A DNA stretch of 64,000 bases from NCBI GenBank assembly GCA_001643675.2, contig LSRY02000022.1, positions 434,001 through 498,000 on the forward strand, written 5' to 3'. The notes beneath the pieces were generated by a model. That model made no database searches, was not told the origin of the DNA, and saw only the letters and a list, made by a program, of their open reading frames with translations. This document shows, piece after piece, positions 49,990 through 62,883 of this stretch. This DNA is from Monocercomonoides exilis PA203 (Eukaryota; Protista; Preaxostyla). Made by a program: the position numbers and the translations under genes. Each line of letters starts with the position of its first letter. Position 1 is the first letter of the stretch.

Positions 49990-52900
49990 ATGTCTTCTGC
50001 TTTTGTATGTTTTTGTGTGAACTATGAACATACATGTTTTGGAGAAGATGTTTACATATGTGGGTCAGAAGAGATTTTAGGAGAATGGAACCCTTCAAAT
50101 GCAATTAGGTTACAATGCAAAGATTTTATTTGGTTTGCATTTTTGACAATTCCATTGAGAACGAATATCGAATACAAAGTTTGCTTTTATATATTTGAAC
50201 GTGTAAAATTGTGTATTGCTTTTAAAATTTAATGAAAAATCACACATATTTTTGATATTGATGAAAACGTTATTTGTGAAAACGAAACAAAATAATGTTA
50301 TTCTTAATTGCATTATTATTTTGAATATTTTTTCAGTACTTTTTCAAAAGTGGAGATTATATTCGATGGGAAGAAAGAAGTCATTTCCGTTCATTTGACG
50401 TTGCTCCAGGCGAAATAGTTGAGGTACGTGATTTGTGGCACGACAGAGCTAACTTTACTGAAGATATATCATCAACGTCTCTGATTCAAGACGTTTGCAT
50501 GCATCGTGAAAAGTCAGATGAATTTCCTAAAGTTGAAAAACCAGATGATGAAAAAGTTTCAGTTGTTTTTGAAATTCCAGTACCATTAATTTCACCACAA
50601 GAAAGCATCCATTTGATTGGTGCATCAAAAAAGAATAAATTCTGGAATCTTGCGGGAGCTCAAAAACTTTTTGAAGCTGAAGCTCCATTTTTCAAATGTA
50701 TTCGTTCTTTTGATTTTGACGAACTACCGGTTCAATACAAGTTCGTTCTTACACACAACTTGGGATGGGAATGCGAGAACATCGAAACAGGACCGAACAG
50801 TGAATGCGGCAAGCCGATGCCAATCGATTTAAATTTGCCAGACGCTGTTGTTTGGACGTTCCAAGAAGGCAAAGCTAAAGCAGTTCACTTCACCGATGCA
50901 ATAGCTTCTCACATGTGCCAGAGCCCAACAGCAGGGCATGCCCAGATCATCTTCATTGAATCGCCCTCATTTCGCTATCCAAACGAGCCCCACTTCCGTG
51001 CTGCGGGCGTGGCGATCCCTGTGTTTGCTCTGAGGTCAAAGCAATCACTTGGCGTTGGAGAATTCGCAGACCTGCCGCTTCTGGCGAAGTGGTGCCAGAT
51101 GGCTGGGCTGCGGGTGGTTCAGCTGCTTCCTGTCACAGACACAGCAGTCAACGGTGTCAGCTGGATGGACTCGGATCCGTTCTCTTCTGTTTCTTCCTTT
51201 GCGCTGCACCCAATCTACATCAACATCGACTCCTTGCAGCCACTCCCTGCTGACATCGCAGCTGATCTCCCAACACAGCGCGAAAAACTCAACACACCCA
51301 AATTAGACTACGAAGCAACACTGAAGCTGAAGCTGAGCTATTTGGAGCGCATCTTCGACCTCCACCTCACACACGACGGCGGGTTTGAGAGAGATGAAGA
51401 GTTCATCCAGTTTCAAAAGGACTCTGCATACTGGATGCCTTCGTATGCTGTATTCAAAACGCTCTCCAGCCAGAACGGGACGACAAACTGGCAGGGCTGG
51501 CCAGAAGAGCTGAGCGACGCCTGCAATGTGGAGAAGATTGTGGCTGAAATGACGCAGCCAGCACATTGCTTGTATCGCGAAGTGCTGTTCCACATGTGGG
51601 TGCAGTTCCATTTGGACCGCCAATTCAGAGAAGCAAGCCGGAGATGTGCGTGTGAGTTGCACGTTGGGCTGAAGGGAGACATTCCCGTAGGCTGTGAGCT
51701 GCGCTCTGCAGACACGTGGTACTTCCGCAAGTACTTCAGACTCGACATGCGGGTTGGCTCGCGGCCAGACGCTGCTTCTGCGCCAGAGGGACAGAACTGG
51801 GGCATCCCTGCATTCAACTGGGAGAACATCCTGGCAGACAACTTTGAGTGGTGGGGCAAGAGACTGAAAGCAATGGAGCGGTTCTTCCACGCCTGCCAAG
51901 TGGATCAGCTGCTGTCGTATTGCCGCAGTTGGCTCATCCCGCGTGAGAGTCTTTCTGCTCTCCACGGACGGTTTGTGCCTGGAAGACTGGTGAGTGAAGG
52001 AGAGCTTGTGAAGAGATCGGGGCTGAAGGATTTGTATGGCAGGCTGACGCTGCCTGTGATCACGAAGGGGCTGGTGGAGCAGGTGTTTGGGAAGAACAAT
52101 GGGGGAGAAGGAGAAGGAGAAGAGGAAGAAGAAGGGGAAGAAGAAATAGAACAGATAATCAGGACATTTTTGGAGCCAGCAGAGGAAAGTGCAGATTCTG
52201 ACTATGTGTTTCGGGAGGAGTTCAACACAGAGAGGAAGATTGCAGACTATTTGATCGAGCAGCTTGGGATTAACGACGAGTCTGGGGAAGAAGAGCTGGC
52301 AGCTCTGGACTCCTTTCTGAGGAAGATGCATGTGCTGACCAACAGTGTGTGTCTGTATGCCTTTGACGAAGGAGAAGAGGTGAGCTATGCGCCCCGCTTC
52401 AATGTGGCGAGCACAGTTTCCTGGAAGATGCTGGGGGCAGACTGGCAAGATGCGCTTTTGCAGCTGGAGAGGGAGTATTTCAGTGAGTGGGGGTGGCATG
52501 GAGAATTGTTTGAAAAATCTGCGTGGACGAAGCTGGGGAAGATGAAAGAGGCGACAAGGATGTTGTTGTGTGGGGATGATGTAGGGCTGGCGGTGGATGA
52601 TAATTGCGGAGGGGGGTTTTCTTCTTCTTCTTTTCTCCGCAGAATTATGCACTCTCTCCACATTTTGGGTCTTCGTGTGCAGAGAGTGACGGGCAATCCA
52701 TCGGAGAATTATTTCCACCCGAAAAATTACTCCGAAGATGTGATTGCTGCCACATCCACACATGATATGCCTCCATTACGTGCATGGTGGCAAATAACTC
52801 CTCCTCCTACATCTTCATCTTCATCTTCATCTTCACCTTCTTTGTCTTTTTTGAAATATAATTATGATTATGATTCTTCTATTTCTTCTTTTTCTTCTCC

Positions 52901-53378
52901 TCCTCCTCCTCCTTCTTCTTCATTTTCCTCTTCAACTTTCCCTCAATCTGAAGATAAAGATAAAGACGAATTCACAGAAGAAAAAGAAAAAGAAGAAAAA
53001 GAAGAAAACCTGCCTCTTTCTCCTCAATTTCAAATCGAGAGCTGCATAAGAGACAGATTCTGGTACAACACCCTCTGCAACTCATCGCCTCGCCCTTCTT
53101 CTCTTCCGAGCGATCAATTAGAGCGAATTATTGACATGCACATGTTTTCTCCTGCGATGATAGCGATTTTCTTGTATCAGGATATTGTTGCTATTTTGCC
53201 GGATGATGAAGTTTATCACAAAGACCCATGGGACGAGGTGATCAATAACCCGGACAGCAAAAAACACTATTGGCAGTACAGGATGCCCTGCTTTATCGAA
53301 AGACTGATGGAAAAATCAGTTCTAATTGAGAGAATAAAAGGGAAAGTTGTTCATTCAGGAAGATTACGGATTCATTAA
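49990..53378 (+). CDS. DPE2: DPE2-type 4-alpha-glucanotransferase (CBM20 domains + GH77), about 1076 aa
   Basis: Intron 50179-50336 joins the CBM20 motif IEYK|YFFKSGDYIRWE; second CBM20-like region; AGVAIPVFALRS, GVGEFADL, QLLPVTDT, SSFALHPIY, LKGDIPVG, GQNWGIP, STHDMPPLRAWW, HYWQYRM. Confidence 0.93.
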
Positions 53379-53716
53379 TTATAATTCTTTATAACCAAAA
53401 AATAATTTTTTATTTTGAGAAAAGCTTTTTTAATATTCATATTTTTACATTTATGTGTCAAGAAGATATTTCTTTTATTATTTGTTTTTTATGAAATAAA
53501 AAATGGATGTTTACAAATGGATTCATCTTTCACAATGTGAGTATAATTTTTATTTAAATCAAAGAATGCATTGAATCTCATAATTCATCTTCAATACATT
53601 TGAAAAAAGTTTTTCAGATAAATTATTTGCCAATGTTTTATTTTGTCAATGAAAACACTCTATTTGGAGAAATGAATTTTTTGTGTTGTCGAGAAACCTT
53701 TATTAATTAATGTATT

Positions 53717-56700
53717 ATGATGATCAGTGATATTCCTCCAAATTTTCCATGGTCATCACAAGATAGAGCATCAAAACGTTTTCAAACATTTGAAGATGGA
53801 CCAGTGTGTAATTTAGGTGAAGTTAACGTCGGTTCAGTTGCAGTGGAGTTGAGAAATGATGAAAGAATAGAAATGCTTCAAAAACGACGTAGATTAGTGG
53901 AAGATAAGGAAGAAAAATCACTATCAAAAAACAAATCTTTTTTAATGCTGGTAGAAATGTTAAAATCTCCGGATATGCGCGTTGTTCTCGAGAGTCTTGA
54001 TGAATTAGTTTCATTTGCCTCACACTGTATTCATTGTTTATTCGAATTTGCGTTTAAAAATATGTATAAAACTTTTCATTTTCATTTTTAGCATCATTCT
54101 CGAAACGTAAACTCGATGAACTTATTCGACTGGATGTTATTTCTTCAGTTTCTAATTTTTTGACTCTTGATAGCGATCCTCTAATTCAGGCATGATTTTT
54201 TTTTATTTTTTATGACTTGAAGTATTTATTCTCTTTTATTGCAGTTCAGGGCAGAATGGTTTTTATGCAATGCAGGTTTTATAAAAATTTTTTTAATCCA
54301 AAGATGAATTTTTCAAATTAATCAACACTTCATTACAAATTTAAAAATTTTAGCTGCAAAAGAAGGGGTCGCAAAAACCTTATGCTATCATAATCTGATT
54401 CCTCTATTTGTTAGGAACATGTTTTCTCCTTCTGTATCTGTTCAAATCCAAGCAATCTGGAGCCTAACCAATTGTTTCGAAGACAGTGATGGAGATGACG
54501 AAGAAGATGATTCTTCAGACGAAGACGAAAGCAGCGAAGACGTCAACAGCAACAGCTTTGAAGTCTCAAAGAAGGAAAAAGAAGCCACAAAAATGGACAG
54601 AGAAGAAAGAGAAGAAAATGACAGTTCTTTGCAAATTCCTGCTCATAAGGGAACAATTGGTTTTTTCATTGCAAACGATGTGGACGTTCATCTTTCAGTG
54701 CTTTTGGCGAAATTAGCAGAAAATCCGGATTCCTATGCAACTCACTTTGGCAGTGAAAATTCATCTCAAACCAAAAATTTACTGCCTTTTGAAACAGTTT
54801 ACCACAATTTGCCATACATTTCATCTAATTCCATTTCAAAAGATGAATTTTCTAATTCTTCTTTGAATTCTTCTTCATCTTCTTCTTCTTTCAATTCAAC
54901 TCCCACTTCACTTTTCGCTGCACCTTCTTCATTTCCTTCTTCTTCTTCTTCTTCTCCTCCTTTTTCTTCTCTTGCACCTTCACAAGTTTCTCAATCTTCC
55001 ATATCATCATCATCATCATCATCTTCTTCTTCTTCTTCTTCTTCTTCTTCCTCCTTCTCCTTCTCCTTCCTCTACCCTCCTCTCCCTCCCCATTCACCCT
55101 CTTTCCTCTCCTTCCAGCCTTCAGATTCTCCTTCCACACTCATTTCAGCTGCCACTCATCTTCTCAATGACTTCTTGAAATCTCAGCCATTTCTCAATGC
55201 AAAAGCAACAGAAGTGAACATGAATGAACTGAAGATGAAGAAGATGGAGGGGAAAATGGAAATGAAAGATGATAATAGTTTCTATAGCTATCCTTCTCCT
55301 TATATTTCTCCTCCTCCTCTCCTTCCTTCTTTTGGCACTTCACAAAATTTATTTCCCTCTCCTCCTTCATCTTCAATCATATCATCAACGCCTTCTTCAT
55401 CTTCCACTTCTTTAATCATTTCATCCTCATCTCCTTCTTTATCTTCTTCTCCTCCTCTTACACCCCTCTTCTCTTCTTCTTCCTCCTCTTCATCCTCTTC
55501 ATCCTCCTCCAATTTCACCATTCTTCATCGTCTTTCTTCAACCATCCCTTCTCTCTGCACTATTCTTCGTGTCTGCATCGACCCCACACTTCTCAGAAAC
55601 ACCTTGAAATGCCTCGTCGCCTTCGCTGAGAGGAAGATGGAGACGATCGAAGTGTGTGAATGTGAGAGTTGATGAATGTGAATGAATCTGAATAAATGAA
55701 TGAATGATACATATTTACATTCATATATATATTTATTATGAGATGAGAAATGGAGAAACGTGGTTATGTCAAATATAGCTTTAATCACAGTTACAATTAA
55801 AATTTTATGAGTTTATAGTTTTTTTCATCTCTTTTATTTTTTATTTATTTATTTTATGAATTAAATTTTTTTCTCTTTATTTTAACACCACCGCCAGATC
55901 CTCTGCCGCTACAACGTCCCCTCTCTCCTCGTGTCCCGCGCCTCCTCCACCCTCCACTCAGCCATCTTCGAGAGCTGCGTCACCCTCCTCTCCAGCTTCA
56001 CCTCCACACAGGAGGACTCACACACAGACGCTGTTATCAAGGCAGGAGGCGTGAAAATCTTCCAAATCGCACTGAATCCGACAGCTCGGCCGTTTGACAG
56101 GCAACCTCCTGGTTTCATCTTGAAACAGGCTTCGGATTGTTATGAAAGAGAGGCAAAGAAGAAGGGAGGAGAAGGAGGAGGAGGAAGTGGTGGTGGTGGT
56201 GGGTATGTGAGATTGAGGAATATGAATGATGAAGAATTCCAATCTTCTTCTTCTTCTTCCATTTCTTCTTCATATCCATCCACCCCTTTCCCTTCCTCCT
56301 TCACTTTATCCTCCTTCCCCAAGCCGAAACCTTCCACCCTCGCTTTGTTCCGCAGGCATGCCTTCGAGCGAGCGCTTTTGGGTGTCAGCAACATCACCGG
56401 CGGAACCAACGAGCAGACAGAATCCGTCTTGAACACCTCGATCGTGCCCTTTTTGCTGAAGCAGCTGCTTTCCCCCTCATTTTCAGCGAACTATGTGCAC
56501 GAGACGATCATCACGCTGATGAATATCTCGTGTGGCCCTCTTTCGCACAAACGAGTGTTGATGAAGTGGAAGGCGCATGTGAATGTGTGTGCGATGCTGG
56601 CGAGGAGGAAGAGCAGGCTGATGCTGAAGACGACGCTGATGGCGGTGACGTTTCTGGAGAGGATGATGGCGGCGGGGGAGAAGGAGGCAAGGAGGAGGAG

Positions 56701-57391
56701 GAGGGAGAGGAGGAATGGGAGGGGGAGAGGAGGAGGAGAAAGAGGAGGAGAAATGGAAGATAATGATAAAGAAGAAAAAGACGAAGAAGAATATGATGAT
56801 AGCAATGAAGAAGAAGAAGATGATGATGACGAAGACGAAGATTCAGAGCTGAGGAAGGAGCTTTTGCTGGACAACGAGGTGCTGGTTGATCTGGAAACAG
56901 AAGAGTTGTATTATGAAGTGCAGAATGTGGGGATGTCAGCAACAGACACTCTGAATAGGATGAGCACAGGAAGAAAGGAGAAGGAAGGGCAAGTTGTGGC
57001 ACTGTTGGGGAAAATCAACAAAGTGTGTGTTCGGATCATGAATGATTATGTCACTCCCTTTGATGAGGTGGCGAGCGAGATGGTGGAAGTGGATGAAGAG
57101 TATGTGGCGATGATGAAGGCGATGGAGGAGGAAGAAAGGAGGCAGCAGCAGCAGCAGCTGAGGGCGCAGATGAGCGAGAGGAGGAAGATGGAGCAGAGGA
57201 GGAGGAAAGGGAGAGAAGGGAGTTTGATGAAGATGACGATGAACATGAACATGAACATGAAGATGAGGATGAGGATGATGATGGGGATGGATGTGGATGA
57301 GATGATGATGGAGGGAGAAGGAGAAGGAGAAGGAGGAGAACGAGAAAAAGGAGAAGGAGGAGGAGGAAGGATGGATGCGGAATACGGTTGA
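53717..57391 (+). CDS. Divergent importin-alpha-like ARM-repeat protein with long low-complexity inserts
   Basis: IBB-like AVELRNDERIEMLQKRRR; spliced PLIQFRAEWFLCNAA, QIQAIWSLTN, GVSNITGGTNEQT; introns 54027-54091, 54190-54244 (GC-AG), 54276-54353, 55652-55897. Start codon uncertain. Confidence 0.8.
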
Positions 57392-58206
57392 GATGATTGC
57401 ATCAAATGTGGATGAAGGAGAGAAAGAGAAAGAGAAAAGGAAAGAGAGAGAATAATTATGAAACATGGAATTCGGATATTTCAACAACATTTTGAGATTG
57501 TTGAAAAAATAAAAAGATTCTTTTTTCCCTTCAAAAATCCATCAAAATATTTGGTTTGAGAAGATTGTTCAATGAATTTGTTTCAGCTTTTCTTTCAGTG
57601 GGGAAAAAAATGTTTTTGCAGAAAAGAATTTCTATAAAAGGATTCTTTCCTAATAATTTGTGGTTAGGTGATTACTGCTTGTAATTTTGTGAAACATTGA
57701 GAGAAATGCTTAAAATTTGAATGCTGCATTGCTTGAGTAATGATGCATTTTTTGCAATGTTTCTCAATAATTATTTTTAAATATATAAATTTGTTTTTCT
57801 TCTCAATTATTTATTTTTTTAATTAAAATGCACTTTTCTTTCTTCGGAGCAATAACATATCTTTTGTAATATTCTTGAACGTATACACAACGTTTTGATG
57901 CATTCAATAGATAGTTAAAGTTCTGAAAAGAATCTTTTTTTGAAAGAAAAAGATTGGAAATGTTTTTATAATAAGATTGATCACAAGAGAGAAAAAAGGA
58001 TTTGTTTGATCTTCCGGCGTAAGCACATTAAGAGAACTTTGCCTATCCTTTTTCTATCAATAAGAAATTTTGAACAAACAAATTCGATTGATTTGTGGTT
58101 TTTCTCACAATACTTATCGATTAATAAAGATGTTTGTATTTGCTGATTATCTTATTTATCAAAACTTTTGTGCTTTCAAAAACATTCAGAATGTATAATA
58201 AACTGA

Positions 58207-59659
58207 ATGAGTGCAGCTGACAATGAAATTCAAAAAAAGATCCGTCGAGAAAATTTCACAAGTTTGACTTTCTTTTAGGAATTGGTAATTCATGAATGGA
58301 AAAACATTTCATTGCAGAATTACTCCTCGAGCTTTCAAATCTCACAGAAGAAGAGCAAAAACAGAAAATAGGGGAAATGAATGGATTGTTGGACGAGATG
58401 AATGAAAAAGAAATGGAATTTGTTTTGAAAATAGCTCCGTTGAACATTGTGAGCAAAATGATTGGAGATCACGAAATGCGAAAAGAAAACGCAGTGATGT
58501 TGTTGAAGCACATTGACCGATGCAAAATGAAGAATGATTTTGTGATATCGTATTTTGATAGATCTTTGTTGAACAGAAGATTGAAGATGATAATTATTGA
58601 GGAAGATCGGAAAAAAGAAGGGAAGAACGAAAAGCTTCTGAATGACCTGTGCGAATGCTATCAGACGTTGAGAAATAAGGTTGACTTTGTTTCAGACGAG
58701 TTAGTTGCAATTATCGTGCATTGCCTTTTAAGAGTCGCTTCAAACAAAGAAGAAAGCGAGGAAACTCGAGAAGAAGTGGAAATGGCTTTGGTGGCTTTGA
58801 ATAATAATAGAGAAAATCTGGTGTGATTTATTTATTTTTTAGATTTATTTTGAATCTTATCGATTTTTGCACTAATCTTTGAAAGAGAATGAAAAAAGAA
58901 GTGTATTTGAATGATATCACAGAAATCATCAAACATCATCAAAAGCATCACAAACTGACACGGCTTGCGTATCAGTCTGCTTGGCAGTTTTTGATGTTCA
59001 GAATTATGAATGAAAGTCAATTGGAGCATTTGATAGTGAATGAGCTGCATTTTGTGAGAGAAGCCACAAGAGAATAAAGGAGTTGATGAAATGTGTTGAT
59101 AGGAAGAGGAAAGAAGAGGAAAACAGAGGGAAAGAGACGAAAGAAGTGAAAGAGATGAAGGTATTATCAAGGTGGGTTTTAGCGGTGAGAGAGTATTTTT
59201 GGCATTTCCAATTGTGGAATGATGAAAATATTGGGTTAATTCGTAGCCTTGTCAAGCTGTGCAAGGCAACAAGAGAGGATGATAGAGAAACATTTGGGAA
59301 ATGCTTGATACTATTTCAAACGATGATGTCACTCAAAACAATGAGAGTTGATGACTTGCTGAAAGGAGGCATTTTTGAGTTATTTTTGGAAGAGATTCAA
59401 CGGCCTACGTTGAATGAGGATATTATATGCAAATGTTTGGGATTCTTCATGGCAGTTTCGGGAAGAATGAAAGGAAAGCAAAAAAATAAAATTGATGGGG
59501 AAAAATGGAATGAGACAAAAAAAAGCAATTTTTGACAAGTTAGAAGAAGAAGGATATGAAGATGCAATCATAAGCTTTCTTCAAGACCTGGAGAACGTTA
59601 ATGAAGCACACTCACAAAAGATATCCGGAAAGGCAACAGATTATTTTGTGAATGTTTGA
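58207..59659 (+). pseudogene. Helical E/K/L-rich protein of a probable multicopy family, disrupted
   Basis: Consecutive ORFs 58296-58826, 58889-59077, 59083-59535 broken by stops and frameshifts; ARM/HEAT-like amphipathic pattern; no function recognised. Confidence 0.55.
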
Positions 59660-60351
59660 GGAAATGAAATGCACTTCGATTTGTATCTCACAAATATAAT
59701 AATTTTTTTTTGTTTTTTCATTGATTAATGCTTCGATACAACTTTGAAAATGTTTTTTTATAAAACAGAAAATTGTCAAAACTAATTTGATGTTTATCAG
59801 ATTATTGTAAATGTTAGAGGAAATGAATATTCTTGATTTTGTTTCTCAAATTTAATATTTTTCATTTTTTAAATTTCATTTAATTATTTTGTAATTTTGC
59901 GAGATGGATAAATTTGAATGTTATTGTTGCTCAAAACTTTTTTTAAAAAGTGCTCACTTAAAAAACAGCAACACGACGATAATGAAACAAATTAGAAAAG
60001 ATTCAAATTCCATTAAAAATGTTTGAAGTGCTTGTGAAATACTAAAATTGTCCAGAGTTAATTTCAATAAATTCAGAAAAATAAGAAAATAACATCTTCA
60101 AACAAAATTAGGTAATGATGTGCTCAAAAACCCGAACATTTGCAAAAACCCGCACTCTTAGGATTTTTGGAAACATAATAAAATTTTGGTGTTAAGAAAA
60201 AGTTTTTTTTAAATAAACACTTCAAAATATAAATGAATTTTTAATAAGAATAAAAATGCATTTATTATGATGGGAGTTATTCCATATTAAATTTTCAAAA
60301 AGCTAAAAATACTGCAGAAATCAGTCAATTGTTGATATTCAAATTATTCAA

Positions 60352-62883
60352 ATGCAAAAAGTGAAGACAGAAAATATGAACAATTCCAGAAAAGAATATT
60401 TTCGAAGAAACAGAGCAAATCGAATGGAATCTCGCGGTGAGATATCTGGTATTAATGGAAGGCCACGATATTTAACGAAGGAAGAAGAAGAGAAGCTTGT
60501 TCAAATTATATTAAATTGGCACAATATTTTGAAGCAGCCATCAATTAATGACATTCCTTTTTTAGTATGATTTTTTTATTTTGAAATTTGAAACTTATTT
60601 TCCAATAAAGGCAAGACAAATTCGAATCGAAAGATCTCCGGCCTCGACTGAATATATCGAAACACCAAGTCTGAGATGGGTTTACGATTTTTTATCAAGG
60701 CAAAAACAATTGTGCATGATAAATCCAGTTCGACTTGATCATGCACGCTTGAGAGCATCGTTAAAAGCAAATATACAGTCTTTTCTTTCTCATTTGCGAA
60801 CTTTGATGCTGAAGAAAAAATATCATCCTTCGTTAATATTACAATTGGACGAAACAAGTTGTCAGTCCAACGGTCGTCATCATAATAAAAGAATTGCAAA
60901 TGAGAAATGCATATACTTGCCATGTTTGGAAACTCCTCCTCTTCGTCATTTAACTCTTTTATTTATTGTGAGAGCTGATGGATATCATCTCCCCACTCAT
61001 CTTCTTTTAAGTTCAAAATATGAAAAAGAAATAAACGAACAATGGAATGACGAATCGTTCGTATTGCATTCAACTCAAAAAGGATGGATGACAAAAGAGC
61101 TATTTGAAAAAATAACGTTAGAACATGTTCTTCCTTTCATTCAAAAGCAAAGAAAAGTTGTTGAAAGAATTCAACAATATCAATATGAAATATTCCAAAA
61201 AAATCTTGTGAATTGAAAACGAAAGAAAGAAGGTTGGAAATATGCGATCAGAAAATGAAAAAGAATGAAACAAGTGAAAAAACAACACAACAAAATTTTC
61301 AAGACGAAGACGATCATGAATCAATAGCATTGCATTCATCAGCTGGATCAGAACTATTTCCAATAGATAACTCAGATTCACCGACAAAATCCCAGCGATC
61401 CAAAGATCAGTGCGATAATGAAAATAGTCACAAGGAATCCATTTGTATTGACAAACTGGAACTTTCAGATACAATATCTTCAGAAGGAGATCGAATTCAA
61501 GCGTTGCAGCAACTGCACCAATCCGCATCTGGCCGTTCAAAAGAATCTTCAGAGTGTGAAAATTCTTTTCGAAACAAAAAGAGTTTTCAAATACCATCAA
61601 ATGGATTTCCTAAAGTTGATGTTGATGAAATTACTAACTTTCGTGATGAAACTTATTTAAGTTCTTCTGAAGAAAGAATGTTTCTAATTGAAGAAGATGA
61701 TAATAGAGATTGGTGGATAAAGAATGACACTCAGATGCAAAAAGCAAACTTTACGAAAAAAGAAATTACTCAATACGAAAAAATATCCGAAGAAAAAATA
61801 AGCAATTCATCACTCTCTGCTTTAATAATTCTTGACGGACACTCTTCAAGACAAAATATCCAGCTGTGGCAAAAGTTTTCTGAAGAAAACGTGGATGTCG
61901 TTGTGCTACCAGCACACACATCCCATATCCTTCAGCCACTTGATCTCGGACCTAATGCAGCACTAAAAAAGCAATTGAAATATGTTCGAAATGAACCAAG
62001 TGTGAGAAAAATGAAAACAGAATTTTTACCTTTTGTCCAAGCAATCGCAGATTGCTCTTATTATGCGATGGCCCCAAGAATAACACGGCATGGGTTCTAC
62101 GAAGCTGGAATAACGTCTTCTCGAATATCTCACGTACTGAGGCGCACTTTGGATTACTTGCCTTTCGGTGTAAAACCGGCTAGACAGACGAACCGATGGT
62201 CTATCTCTGGAAAACTAATAACATCAACAGCAGTTCTAAAAGAATGGCAAGCTTTTGAAGAGAAAAAGTCTATTTGTGATGATGAAAGAGTTGAGAATGT
62301 TCACATAACAAATATTAATCAAAAAACGATTAAAAATAAAAAGGAAAGACCTTCATCTTCAAAAATAACTTCTTCTGATTCCAAGCTTTCAAACCTTACT
62401 GCTAATGAGAATACTGGTGACAATACTGACACTGACGATATCTTATGTTCAACAGATTTCGAATCAGATCCAACTGATTCACAAGAAGGGGAAGAAAATA
62501 TTTTGGTCGTTCGTGTTTTCAGAAGAAAAAACAAACAGAAAAGACTGATTCTGTGCCGGTCAGATCATTTGGATGAACCTGATGGTCGAAAACAAGTGAC
62601 TGATTTATCGAGTTCCTCTAATTATTCTGAAGATGAATCTTCAGAGACTGATCATCATTCCGACAGATTAAATAAATCGAAAGAAAAGAGAAAAAAAGAT
62701 CTTGACAGCAGTGAATACATAGAAGATGATCTTTCATCAAGCAACGAAGAAGAAGATTCGGATGAAAAAAAATTGTCCAAAAAATATTCCATGAGATCGG
62801 AAAAATGTTTGCCCAAAAGATTATCTGAGCATTATGTTCTTTTCACGGATTCTGATGAAAGTGAGTACAATCCAAAGAAATGA
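60352..62883 (+). mobile_element. Second pogo/DDE_1 (DD35D) transposase gene with an intron and one frameshift
   Basis: Exon 60352-60564 (GRPRYLT), intron 60565-60610, then LQLDET, KGWMTK, ILDGHSS, LPAHTSHILQPLD; frameshift near 61200; TIR-like doublet CAAAAACCCG at about 60124-60151; no right TIR seen in the window. Confidence 0.85.

Noticed and set aside
51303-52763. 486-aa antisense ORF and similar long shadow ORFs
   Set aside because: They lie opposite real genes with biased codon usage or low-complexity tracts and show no motifs.
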